From NCBI GenBank assembly GCA_963842085.1, contig CAWJET010000001.1:160001-224000 (forward strand): 64,000 nucleotides of DNA. The letters run 5' to 3'. The DNA comes from an uncultured delta proteobacterium (GTDB taxonomy: Bacteria; Desulfobacterota; Binatia; Binatales; Binataceae). Of the stretch, positions 43,107-51,722 are shown piece by piece. Below the pieces are notes generated by a model. The model did not search any database and was not told the DNA's origin. It saw nothing but the letters and a program-made list of their open reading frames with translations. Every line of letters begins with the position of its first letter. Within the stretch, counting starts at the first letter, position 1. Position numbers and translations under genes: made by a program.

Positions 43107-43862
43107 TCAGGCTTTCGGCTGCAATGCTTTTTTGGCGCGGCGAAGAACTCTGCGAGTCAGCCTCCGCACCCGCGTCGCAGGCCCGACAGATCGGGCACCG
43201 GCCACCGACATGTAGACCCATTCGGACTCAAGCCCCCGCGGGACCTCCTCGCAGTCCGCCAACGCCGGATTGGCGGCGGTTGCCTCGGGCGATGCGAACA
43301 GAACCATATTTTGACGATACCACCAGGCCACACGCCGGTCGTCGCGAAGTTTCGGCCGGAGTGGATCAAGCATTCTGAATCCGAACTCTTCAAAAATTTT
43401 CCGCCAGTGGGACAACGGCTGGCAGTTGATGTGTCCCCCCCGCCCTTCCCCCTGGCCGGGAGGCGCCGCGGAGAACAGCACTTGCGGCGCCGCCAAGGTA
43501 AGCTGGCGCACCAAGTGCCGCGAATTGCGCGCCGGGAGATGTTCGGCAACCTCGAGGCAGACGGCTAAATCGAAGCGACCCGCTGGAATCTCGAACTCGC
43601 CGCTCAGATCGGTGGGACGAAAGCAATCGGCCGGAAACAGCAGCGTCGATGGCTTGAGATAGTCGCCGTCGAGTCCGACGATTTTCTCTATCCCCTGCGC
43701 CTTGAATTCGCTCAGCCACGCGCCGCGGCCGCAACCGACGTCCACCACACTCGCCGGATGAGTCAGCGCTGCCACCATCGGCACGACGACTCGAGCGGAA
43801 TCGCGCACGCGATCGCACTCATACATTTCTTCGGCGTAGTAGTTTTCCAGGCTTTTGCGCAT
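43107..43862 (-). CDS. Class I SAM-dependent methyltransferase
   Basis: VDVGCGRG, CLEVAEHL and SAAPPGQG...HIN. Confidence 0.85.
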   Translation of the reverse strand: MRKSLENYYAEEMYECDRVRDSARVVVPMVAALTHPASVVDVGCGRGAWLSEFKAQGIEKIVGLDGDYLKPSTLLFPADCFRPTDLSGEFEIPAGRFDLAVCLEVAEHLPARNSRHLVRQLTLAAPQVLFSAAPPGQGEGRGGHINCQPLSHWRKIFEEFGFRMLDPLRPKLRDDRRVAWWYRQNMVLFASPEATAANPALADCEEVPRGLESEWVYMSVAGARSVGPATRVRRLTRRVLRRAKKALQPKA

Positions 43863-43948
43863 CGGATTCCGACCGTAATCTGTCTTGTACGTCGTCAGAA
43901 CCTTTTGGACAAGTCAGCATGGATTTAAGACCGATCGTTCACAGGCAC

Positions 43949-44003
43949 TTGACACTCATCGGCCCCCAATGTATTTAACTTGTAGGTTATTTAACTGAAT
44001 GGT
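43949..44003 (+). promoter_or_regulatory. Sigma70-type promoter with tandem ArsR-type operator
   Basis: TTGACA-17 nt-TATTTA. TATTTAACT is repeated at 43972 and 43988, each copy followed by a partly palindromic GGTT, and overlaps the arsR start. Confidence 0.65.
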
Positions 44004-44379
44004 TCAGCAGCCCACATCGTCCGAACATCTCAACGCGACCTTCGCCGCCCTCGCCGACCCCACCCGCCGCGCGATCCTCGCCCGCCTCGCCTCGGGTGAG
44101 ACCTCCGTGTCCGAGCTGGCCGAGCCCTTCGAGATGAGCATGCCCGCCATCTCCAAGCACCTCAAGGTGCTGCAGCGCGCCGGTTTGATCGAGCGCGGCC
44201 GCGAGGCGCAATGGCGCCCGTGCCGGCTCGCCGCGGCTCCCCTCAAGGATGCGTCGGATTGGCTCGAGCGTTATCGCCGTTTCTGGGAGGAGAGCTTAGA
44301 TCGCCTCGAGGATTATCTGCACGAGTTGCAAAAGCGCGAACTGAAACAGAAAGAAACGAAAAACGGCCGCAAAAAATAG
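43999..44379 (+). CDS. ArsR/SmtB family transcriptional regulator
   Basis: FAALADPTRRAIL and ISKHLKVLQRAGLI. Confidence 0.92.
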   Translation: MVQQPTSSEHLNATFAALADPTRRAILARLASGETSVSELAEPFEMSMPAISKHLKVLQRAGLIERGREAQWRPCRLAAAPLKDASDWLERYRRFWEESLDRLEDYLHELQKRELKQKETKNGRKK

Positions 44380-44388
44380 GAGAAAATC

Positions 44389-44802
44389 ATGCAACTCAAT
44401 CCCTATCTGAACTTCAACGGAAATTGCGCCGCCGCGTTCAAGTTCTACGAAAAGTTCCTCGGCGGCAAAATCGGCATGATCATGACGTTCGGCGAATCAC
44501 CGATGGCGGACCAGGTGCCGGCGGCACATCGCGACAAGGTCATGCACGCGCGCATCACCATCGGCGACCAGGTATTGATGGGCTCCGACGCTCCGCCCGA
44601 TCGCTACGAGCCGATGAAAGGTTTCTCTGTGTCTCTGGGCGTCGATACTGCCACCGAGGCCGAAAAAATCTTCAAAGCGCTGTCGGAGAAAGGCTCCGTG
44701 TCGATGCCGATACAGAAGACTTTCTGGGCCGAGCGCTTCGGCGCGCTGGTCGATCAATTCGGCACGCCCTGGATGATCAACTTCGAGGGAGCAGCGCAAT
44801 GA
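44389..44802 (+). CDS. VOC / PhnB-like protein
   Basis: LNPYLNFNGNC, VMHA, TFWA and DQFGTPWMIN. Confidence 0.88.
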   Translation: MQLNPYLNFNGNCAAAFKFYEKFLGGKIGMIMTFGESPMADQVPAAHRDKVMHARITIGDQVLMGSDAPPDRYEPMKGFSVSLGVDTATEAEKIFKALSEKGSVSMPIQKTFWAERFGALVDQFGTPWMINFEGAAQ

Positions 44803-45248
44803 CCGCCGCCGCCGAAGTAAGGACCGGCGATCGCGAGCTCACCATCACGCGCATCTTCGACGCGCCCCGCGCGCTCGTCTTCAACGCGTGGACTGAGCCC
44901 AAACACCTGATGCGCTGGTTCGCGCCCAACAACTTCACCGTGCCTGCCTGCGAGATGGATTTCCGCGCCGGCGGCAAGTTCCGCCTGTGCATGCGCGGCT
45001 TCGGCCAGGACCATTGGATGAACGGCGTCTTTCGCGAAATCGTCGAGCCTGAGCGGATCGTCTGGGCCGGCATGTTGGATAACGACACCAACGAAGTGCT
45101 CACCACGGTGACCTTCGCCGACCTTGGCGGCAAGACCAGGCTCACCGTGCATCAGACGTTCTCCATCGAAACCGACTCGACGCGCGGCGCGCGCCAGGGA
45201 TGGACCGAAACTTTGGAGCATCTCGCCGAGTTTCTCGCAACAGCCTGA
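44799..45248 (+). CDS. SRPBCC (AHSA1-like) protein
   Basis: ITRIFDAPRALVFNAWTEP. ATGA overlap with the upstream gene. Confidence 0.88.
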   Translation: MTAAAEVRTGDRELTITRIFDAPRALVFNAWTEPKHLMRWFAPNNFTVPACEMDFRAGGKFRLCMRGFGQDHWMNGVFREIVEPERIVWAGMLDNDTNEVLTTVTFADLGGKTRLTVHQTFSIETDSTRGARQGWTETLEHLAEFLATA

Positions 45249-45265
45249 CTACAGGGAGAAAAGCC

Positions 45266-45742
45266 ATGGGAGCAGCAAGTAATCTCGTCACCGAGCCTGC
45301 CGATCGCGTCCTCGTCATCACGCGCATCTTCGACGCGCCGCCAACCCTCGTCTTCAAGGCCTGGACCGAGCCCGAACACATGGCGCGCTGGTGGGGTCCG
45401 CGAGGCTTCACCAGCACGGTCCTCAAAAATGAACTGCGTCCGGGCGGCGCTTATCGAATCCACATGCGCGGCCCCGACAACGACGATCACTGGACGCAGG
45501 GCGTCTATCGCGAGGTCGTCCCGCCGGAGCGCCTCGTCATGGTCGGGAGCTGGGCGGATGCCGACGGCAATCCCACGCGCCCCGAAACGACGCTGACGCT
45601 GCTGTTCGAGGATGTCGGCGGCAAGACCAAACTCACATTGCACAATGCGGTCTTCGAGTCCGTCACGGCGCGCGACATGCACAACAGCGGATGGAGCAGC
45701 TCGCTTGACTGCCTCGCGGAGTACCTGGCGACCGCCAGATAG
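45266..45742 (+). CDS. SRPBCC (AHSA1-like) protein
   Basis: ITRIFDAPPTLVFKAWTEP. Paralog of the previous gene. Confidence 0.88.
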   Translation: MGAASNLVTEPADRVLVITRIFDAPPTLVFKAWTEPEHMARWWGPRGFTSTVLKNELRPGGAYRIHMRGPDNDDHWTQGVYREVVPPERLVMVGSWADADGNPTRPETTLTLLFEDVGGKTKLTLHNAVFESVTARDMHNSGWSSSLDCLAEYLATAR

Positions 45743-45768
45743 AGACGATACTTCTTCCGGAGGTGATT

Positions 45769-46893
45769 ATGGAACGCGCCAAATCAATCACGCCACAAAG
45801 CGGCGACCTGCTGGTGATCGTCGGGACCGTCAAGGGGGCGTTCATCTTCCGCAGCGATCGCAGCCGCCGCGAGTTCACAATCGCGGGACCCTACTTCAAA
45901 GGTCAGGCGGTTTACTCTACCGCCTATCTTCCGGATAAAAAGGCGCCGCGTATCCTGGTTGGAAACTGGAGTATGCATTGGGGCGCGCTCGTTAGCTGGT
46001 CCGACGATTTCGGCGCGAGCTGGCACGAACCGGAAGACGGCAACGTGAAGTTCCCGGCCGGCAGCGGTCTCTCGCTGAACGCGGTGTGGGCGCTCGAAGC
46101 CGCGCCGCTAATCGGCTCCGATGTGGTGTTCGCGGGCACCGATCCGGCGGCGCTTTATCGCTCCGACGATCGCGGCGAGACGTTTCATCCCGTCGAGTCG
46201 CTGCTCAACCATCCCGAGCGTCCGTACTGGATGCCAGGCGCCGGCGGTCTCTGCCTGCATACGATTCTGCCCGACCCCCGCGATCCGAAGCGCGTGATCG
46301 TCGGCATCTCGTCGGCCGGCGTTTATCGTACCGACGACGGCGGCGAGTCATGGACGCGCCGCAACCAGGGCGTGCGGATGGAAGGCGGGCCCCCGCACGC
46401 GCCGCATTTCGGTCCGCAATGCGCGCACAAGTTGCGTTTCGACGCCAAGAATCCCGCACGCATCTACCTGCAGAATCATCCCGGCGTTTACCGCAGCGAC
46501 GACGGCGGCGATTCGTGGATCGATATCCACGAGGGACTGCCGTCGGAGTTCGGCTTTCCGCTGGTCGCTCATCCGAGCCGCGCCGATACCGCGTATCTCA
46601 TTCCGCTCGAGTCCGACCAGTTTCGCGCCCCGATCGACGGCGCGATCAAGGTCTGGCGCACGCGCGACGCCGGCGCGTCATGGGAACCGCTCGGCAACGG
46701 ACTCCCACAGCACGACGCGTACTTCTCGGTGCTGCGCGACGCGTTCACGTCAGACAGCCTCAAGCCCGCGGGGCTGTACTTCGGCACGCGCGGCGGTCAA
46801 CTGTTCGCGTCGCGTGACGAGGGCGAAAGCTGGAATTCAATCGCCGATTGGCTGCCCGCGGTGCTGTGCGTCAGAGCCGTGGAGGTCGCCTGA
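45769..46893 (+). CDS. BNR/Asp-box beta-propeller protein
   Basis: Repeated S/T-D-D-G-G-x-S/T-W Asp boxes. Confidence 0.85.
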   Translation: MERAKSITPQSGDLLVIVGTVKGAFIFRSDRSRREFTIAGPYFKGQAVYSTAYLPDKKAPRILVGNWSMHWGALVSWSDDFGASWHEPEDGNVKFPAGSGLSLNAVWALEAAPLIGSDVVFAGTDPAALYRSDDRGETFHPVESLLNHPERPYWMPGAGGLCLHTILPDPRDPKRVIVGISSAGVYRTDDGGESWTRRNQGVRMEGGPPHAPHFGPQCAHKLRFDAKNPARIYLQNHPGVYRSDDGGDSWIDIHEGLPSEFGFPLVAHPSRADTAYLIPLESDQFRAPIDGAIKVWRTRDAGASWEPLGNGLPQHDAYFSVLRDAFTSDSLKPAGLYFGTRGGQLFASRDEGESWNSIADWLPAVLCVRAVEVA

Positions 46894-46901
46894 GTGCCGC
46901 G

Positions 46902-47186
46902 ATGCGTTTGCATCTGCCATCCGCTCTGCGCCGATGGGCCGGCGATAACGAGATCGTCGAGCTGCGGCTGCCGCTCGACGTGCGCATGTCGATCAGCGAG
47001 GCATTCGTGATGCTCGGCCGCGACTACCCCGCAATCCGCCAGCGCGTGCTCGACGATCAGAACAACATCCGCCGCCACGTCAACGTCTTCGTCGACGGCG
47101 AGAACGTGCGCTTCATGCAAGGCGCCGCAACCCAGGTTTCCGATGAATCCGAAGTGTGGATTTACCCTGCGCTCTCGGGTGGGTGA
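46902..47186 (+). CDS. MoaD/ThiS ubiquitin-like protein
   Basis: HVNVFVDGE and C-terminal PALSGG. Confidence 0.88.
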   Translation: MRLHLPSALRRWAGDNEIVELRLPLDVRMSISEAFVMLGRDYPAIRQRVLDDQNNIRRHVNVFVDGENVRFMQGAATQVSDESEVWIYPALSGG

Positions 47187-47268
47187 TTTGTCGATTTTGG
47201 GATCGGACGAACGACTATATGGCAGGACGATAAAAATTTTCGGACGTTGAAATAGCGAGGACGGACTA

Positions 47269-47517
47269 ATGCGAATCAGCAAGCATCACTTGGGTGTCGG
47301 CTTCGAGGTGTGGAACTCTCAACAGAGCTGGTTCTGGTTTGTCGAGAACACGAACCGCAACGGCATGATTGGCGCAGCCGCCAGCGAGTCCGACGCCATC
47401 CGCGACGCCCAGTCATCGATCGAAGAGCTTTCCAATTCGAATGTCCGGCCCGGCTGGGAGGGTGCGCTCGGAAAGCTCGCGCGGTATCTCGCTTCGGTCT
47501 GCGACACCGCCGCGTGA
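47269..47517 (+). CDS. Hypothetical protein (82 aa)
   Basis: GAGG/GGA upstream of the ATG, clean ORF. Confidence 0.55.
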   Translation: MRISKHHLGVGFEVWNSQQSWFWFVENTNRNGMIGAAASESDAIRDAQSSIEELSNSNVRPGWEGALGKLARYLASVCDTAA

Positions 47518-47554
47518 CTACCAGTCCGAAGGAGAGCTTTGCGTAATTCTGTCT

Positions 47555-47631
47555 CCTCTCCCTGCAAGGGAGAGGATGAAGGTGAGGGTCCTGATACAGC
47601 GCGCGAGTTTTTCGTGCGCGATTCAGGATTC
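47555..47631. repeat. Repeat family C copy 2
   Basis: CCTCTCCCTGCAAGGGAGAGGAT identical to copy 1, with a similar tail. Confidence 0.8.
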
Positions 47632-47654
47632 CGCTCTTGCTAGGGGGGTTTGAA

Positions 47655-48542
47655 ATGCAGAGTCCGCAGGAGTACTACCGAGGCGCTGGTCCCATGACCG
47701 CTCTGGGAGCGCACGCGGACGAATTCCGCGCGCTGGCCCGCGACCTCGCATCGCTATGCGATGTCGTCCAAGGCGTGCTGATTCATCGCGACATCGCGCC
47801 CTGGCTGTACGGTCTCAAGTTGTCCGAAGCGCAGCGCGACGACGCGCACATCCGCCCGCTCGCGCAGATGCTGTCGCGCATTCACGCGCTCGACGCGCGC
47901 CCGCTCAGAGTCCCCCGCGATTTCGCCCAACGGATGCCCTGCGTCTGTCGTCATTTCTCGCTGATGCTCTGTTCTGTCCTGCGCGAACAGGGAACTCCCG
48001 CGCGCACGCGATGCGGTTTCGGCGCATACTTCACGCCGGGCAAGTTCGAAGACCATTGGGTATGCGAGTACTGGAACGCCGCCGAGTCGCGATGGATATT
48101 GGTGGACGCGCAGCTCGACGCGATTCAGCGCAAAGCATTGAAGGTCGATTTCAACCCGCTCGACGTGCCGCGCAACCGCTTCATCATCGCCGGCGACGCG
48201 TGGCAGCAATGCCGCTCCGGCCGCGCCGACGCAAGTCGTTTCGGCCTGTCCTATATCAATGAGAGCGGCTTGTGGTTCATCGCCGGCAACGTGCTCCGCG
48301 ACCTCGCCTCGCTCAACCGGATGGAAATGCTCCCGTGGGACGTCTGGGGCTTGATGGAGATGAATGACGCCGCGCTAACCGACGAGAAAAAAACGCTGCT
48401 CGATCGCGTCGCAGCACTCACGCTCGCCGGCGACGACGCGTTCTCCGAAGTCCGCGCAATCTACGAGTCCGAGGTTGGCCTGCGCGTGCCGCCGGTCGTC
48501 TTCAACGCGCTGCGCAACGCGCAGGAGAAGATCGCGAGCTAG
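47655..48542 (+). CDS. Transglutaminase-like domain protein
   Basis: CRHFS, RCGFGAYF, DHWVCEYW and VDAQ (Cys-His-Asp triad). Confidence 0.85.
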   Translation: MQSPQEYYRGAGPMTALGAHADEFRALARDLASLCDVVQGVLIHRDIAPWLYGLKLSEAQRDDAHIRPLAQMLSRIHALDARPLRVPRDFAQRMPCVCRHFSLMLCSVLREQGTPARTRCGFGAYFTPGKFEDHWVCEYWNAAESRWILVDAQLDAIQRKALKVDFNPLDVPRNRFIIAGDAWQQCRSGRADASRFGLSYINESGLWFIAGNVLRDLASLNRMEMLPWDVWGLMEMNDAALTDEKKTLLDRVAALTLAGDDAFSEVRAIYESEVGLRVPPVVFNALRNAQEKIAS

Positions 48543-48576
48543 GATTCACTTGGTCGTTTGGTCAAGACGACTTGTT

Positions 48577-48610
48577 TGTCATTCAGAGCCGCTGCGGCGG
48601 AGAATCCCGG
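48577..48610 (+). repeat. Repeat family A solo copy
   Basis: TGTCATTCAGAG-ccgctgcgg-CGGAGAATCCCGG. Confidence 0.75.
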
Positions 48611-48732
48611 ACCGTCTGTTTTCCGATCGAACTCCGCTCTCAACTTCATAGCGGCCTTCGACTGTAGCTTTATCCGCCTCGCTATCTTAGCCGACTGCGG
48701 CTCATGCCACAGCGCCCTGCCTTTCCCTTAAC

Positions 48733-48845
48733 AAGTTCTAACAGGGACGAAAGTCCCGCATCTTCTCTTGTCACCGGGTGCAGGGGTCACCCCTGCCGAA
48801 GGAAGCGTGAAACCCACCGCGCGGGTTTCACATTCAATTAAGTTC
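48733..48845. repeat. Repeat family B copy 2
   Basis: Matches 37106-37214. Confidence 0.85.
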
Positions 48846-48895
48846 CTCCGCTAGCGCGGCGGCGTTGCCCGAGGCCTGGCACTATCCTCCCTGCC

Positions 48896-50407
48896 TCACC
48901 TGCCACCCACGGCGGGTGCCGGCGCTGCAGGACGCGACGGCTTCGGCATGTGGATGTATAGCTTGTCGTTGGATGGACGCCCGTCGCTGTGCATCGACGG
49001 CGGGCGCATCGCGTACTTCACTTCGCGCGCGTGCTCGGCGAACTGCCGGTCCGGATTGTACACGCTGTTGAACTTCCACAGCATCTTGAGAAAGTTGGTC
49101 TGCCCCCGAAGCGCGAGCTTGCCCGCGATCGACGCCACCGACTTCAGCGCCGCAAACCCAAGATGCTTGCGGTTGAGCACGTCCTGCGTCTTCACCAGCT
49201 CCTGGTAGAATTGCAGCAGCGGCAGTTTGGTCGGCAGCACCGCATGCTGGATGTCGTACAGCCGGTAGTCGAGCGTCGTCAGCTTGCGCGATTCCGTGAA
49301 CCACAGCTCCGTGCCGGGATACGGCGTCGCCACCGTCAGGTGAACGATCTCCGGGATGCTGATCGCCCATTCGCGGATCACCTCGAACCGCTTCTCGTCC
49401 CACGACGGGTCCGCGATCAGGTTGATCGCAACCGTCAGTCCGATCTCGCGCGCGACTTCGAGCGCCTTGAAGTTGACGCCCATCGACGAGCGCTTGCGAT
49501 GCAGCTTCAGTCCTTCCTCGTCGATCGCTTCAAGCCCCAGGAACATGTACTCCATGCCGAGCTTGCGCCAGTAGCGGAACACTTCCGGGTTGCGGCACAG
49601 CACGTCGGCACGAGTCTCGAGATAGTACTGCTTTTTGATTTTGCGCTTTTCGATTTCGTGACCGATCGCAAACCCGTGCTCGGGATGGATAAACGCGACG
49701 TCATCGACGATGAAGACGTTGGGCTCCCTGATCGACAGCATGTCTTTGGCGGCGGCTTCCGGCGTCGATTTGCGGTAGCTGCGGCCGTAGAACGTCCACG
49801 CGCTGCAGAACGAGCAATCCCACGGGCAGCCGCGCGTGAACTCGATCGACGCGCACGGATCGAGCACGCCGATAAAATACTTGTTGCGCCGGCGCCCGAG
49901 ATCGCGCGCCGGAAAAAACTTGTCGAGATCGTCCAGCATCACCGGCGTCGGGCCCGACCCTTGCGTGGTCAGCACGCCCGGAACTTTGCCGATTGAGCCG
50001 GTGCCGATCGCGTCGAGCAGCATCGGCGTCGCGGTCTCACCCTCGCCGCGGATGACCGCGTCGATCGCGCCATCCGCATGCTCCAGGATTTCGTCCGCGA
50101 CGAACGAGCCGCTATGCCCGCCGGTGAAGACGAAGCAATCCTTCATCAGCCGCTTCACGTCTTTGGCGAGATCGATCACCTCGGGCACGTTGGCGAGGTA
50201 GTTGAGCGAGAAGCCCACCGCATTCGGGCGGAAGCTTTCGAGCTCGGCGAACAGATCGCGATGCTTGAAAATCTGCAGGTCGATGATTCTCACGTCGTGG
50301 CCGGCCGCGCGCGTCGCCGCCGCCACCCGCTCCATCCCCAGCGGTTCGAGCCGCAAATAAATCTCGCTGTACATAAGCGGACTCGGATGTACAAATAGGA
50401 CCCGCAT
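48896..50407 (-). CDS. hpnR: Hopanoid C-3 methylase (B12-binding radical SAM)
   Basis: MRVLFVHPSPLMYSEIYLRLEPLG, RGCPWDCSFCSAW and YDIQHAVLPT. GGAGG RBS before ATG 50407. Confidence 0.85.
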   Translation of the reverse strand: MRVLFVHPSPLMYSEIYLRLEPLGMERVAAATRAAGHDVRIIDLQIFKHRDLFAELESFRPNAVGFSLNYLANVPEVIDLAKDVKRLMKDCFVFTGGHSGSFVADEILEHADGAIDAVIRGEGETATPMLLDAIGTGSIGKVPGVLTTQGSGPTPVMLDDLDKFFPARDLGRRRNKYFIGVLDPCASIEFTRGCPWDCSFCSAWTFYGRSYRKSTPEAAAKDMLSIREPNVFIVDDVAFIHPEHGFAIGHEIEKRKIKKQYYLETRADVLCRNPEVFRYWRKLGMEYMFLGLEAIDEEGLKLHRKRSSMGVNFKALEVAREIGLTVAINLIADPSWDEKRFEVIREWAISIPEIVHLTVATPYPGTELWFTESRKLTTLDYRLYDIQHAVLPTKLPLLQFYQELVKTQDVLNRKHLGFAALKSVASIAGKLALRGQTNFLKMLWKFNSVYNPDRQFAEHAREVKYAMRPPSMHSDGRPSNDKLYIHMPKPSRPAAPAPAVGGR

Positions 50408-50858
50408 AGATTCCCTCCGGCGCCGCATCTTTCGGGCGTGCGACAGCGGCACCTTCCAGTTACTTCGCTAATCTTCGGCAAATCTCCGCCTGACCAATCG
50501 GCCAGCGGGATTCCCAGCATCCTAATATGCCAGCCGACTCGATGAAATAGCAGGCCAAAAACCCCCGCTATGCTATTAACCGACATCACCAAGGTCCCTG
50601 GCAATGGCTCGGCTACGCCGCGTCTCCACCACGCGGCTCTACGGCCGGCGCAAAATGCGTCCGGAGGATAGTCCGACATTCCGGTCCAGGTATTAGGATC
50701 GCATGGCCAACGTGCGCGCGTTCGCTGCCGCGGCGCTGGATCTGGGTTCCGCGCGACTGCTTACCCGCCTCGCCCGCTTTGTTGCGGGAGAGGCCGTGCC
50801 GGCCCTCTGCGGGCTGCCTTATCGATACGTCAGGGTTTAAATTTGGAGTAGCGACCCC

Positions 50859-51017
50859 TCAGCGACACATCCCATCGCTCTGAAGCTGCGTCCCATCCGG
50901 GCACGAAGTGGTGGTCGTCGTCGTGGTCTGCTGCGTGGTCTGTGGGGGAGATTCGAAATCGAAGCAGCCAGCCAGCAACGTCGCCGCGAGAATCAACACG
51001 ACAAGCTTTCCAATCAT
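50859..51017 (-). CDS. Small lipoprotein (52 aa), not in the ORF track
   Basis: MIGKLVVLILAATLLAG-C lipobox, Thr-rich linker, then CPDGTQLQSDGMC. Confidence 0.7.
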   Translation of the reverse strand: MIGKLVVLILAATLLAGCFDFESPPQTTQQTTTTTTTSCPDGTQLQSDGMCR

Positions 51018-51104
51018 GATCGTTTACCCCGTCCGCAATAGTTCACCACCCGTCGGTTAAAGGTCAAGGCGGTTTTTAGTGTTGGTAGCATTGAACGCGT
51101 CGAG

Positions 51105-51188
51105 TTAAGAGGAGAGGGCCGCCGGTCGAAACCGGCGGCCCTCTCTCTTACCGGAGCCACATGGACACTTGTCCTTTGGATTCGGCAT
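51105..51188 (-). CDS. Micro-ORF (27 aa) with SEC-C-like CPCGSGK
   Basis: GAGGAGG RBS. Translation MPNPKDKCPCGSGKREGRRFRPAALSS. Confidence 0.5.
   Translation of the reverse strand: MPNPKDKCPCGSGKREGRRFRPAALSS
51112..51145. terminator. Strong GC hairpin GAGAGGGCCGCCGG-tcgaaa-CCGGCGGCCCTCTC
   Basis: Perfect 14-bp stem with only a weak U-tract. Confidence 0.55.
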
Positions 51189-51193
51189 TTCGT

Positions 51194-51298
51194 TTACCTC
51201 CTCAATCCTTGGCATTGTGTCCCATAAACTTGCTTAACTTGGTCGCCGCACCCGAACGCGATTTGTCCTTCGAGCCCGACACCGTTCAGTCTTCGCAT
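51194..51298 (-). CDS. Micro-ORF (34 aa)
   Basis: GGAGG RBS. Translation MRRLNGVGLEGQIAFGCGDQVKQVYGTQCQGLRR. Its 3' end contains the RBS of the next micro-ORF. Confidence 0.4.
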   Translation of the reverse strand: MRRLNGVGLEGQIAFGCGDQVKQVYGTQCQGLRR

Positions 51299-51349
51299 CG
51301 TTGACCTCCGATGCACAACTCATTTGCACTAACGAAGTGGATGCAGCGT

Positions 51350-51400
51350 TCTTCAGGGAACATCGAATTCGGTCTTCAGGGAACATCGAATTCAGTCTTC
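51350..51400. repeat. 23-nt tandem repeat (TCTTCAGGGAACATCGAATTCRG, about 2.2 units)
   Basis: Units start at 51350, 51373 and 51396 (partial). Confidence 0.8.
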
Positions 51401-51453
51401 CTGAGCTGAGAGCGGTTTGGAAATAAAACGGAAATCCGGGATTAATGGTCCTG

Positions 51454-51627
51454 ATGGCCACGAACGACGCGCCTCAGCCGGGAAGGTACTTCTTCATCGC
51501 TGTCATTTTTGTTGCGGTGCTGATCGATGCCGTCCTGATTGCGCACGTGCGCGCAAATTTCATTCATGACCACGGCTACGACATCCGCCCGCGACCCCCA
51601 GCGGTGGCAAAGCCCGCCCCGCCCTGA
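51454..51627 (+). CDS. Small single-pass membrane protein
   Basis: One hydrophobic helix and a Pro-rich tail. Confidence 0.5.
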   Translation: MATNDAPQPGRYFFIAVIFVAVLIDAVLIAHVRANFIHDHGYDIRPRPPAVAKPAPP

Positions 51628-51722
51628 CGCCGCGCGCGCCTCAATTCGGCCTTGACACGCGAGCGCGCGCGCCGGAGTTTTGGCTCTAAGCTCGCAACTC
51701 CAAAAGACCATTCGGAGAAATC

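Noticed and set aside
50290-50679. 129-aa ORF upstream of hpnR
   Set aside because: It overlaps hpnR out of frame, has atypical composition and shows no motifs.
51105-51298. Micro-ORFs as RiPP precursors for the nearby radical SAM enzyme
   Set aside because: The enzyme looks like HpnR, has no SPASM or RRE features, and no peptidase or transporter is adjacent.
51350-51400. Possible mini CRISPR array
   Set aside because: The units are directly adjacent with no unique spacers, there are only about two copies, and no cas genes are present.
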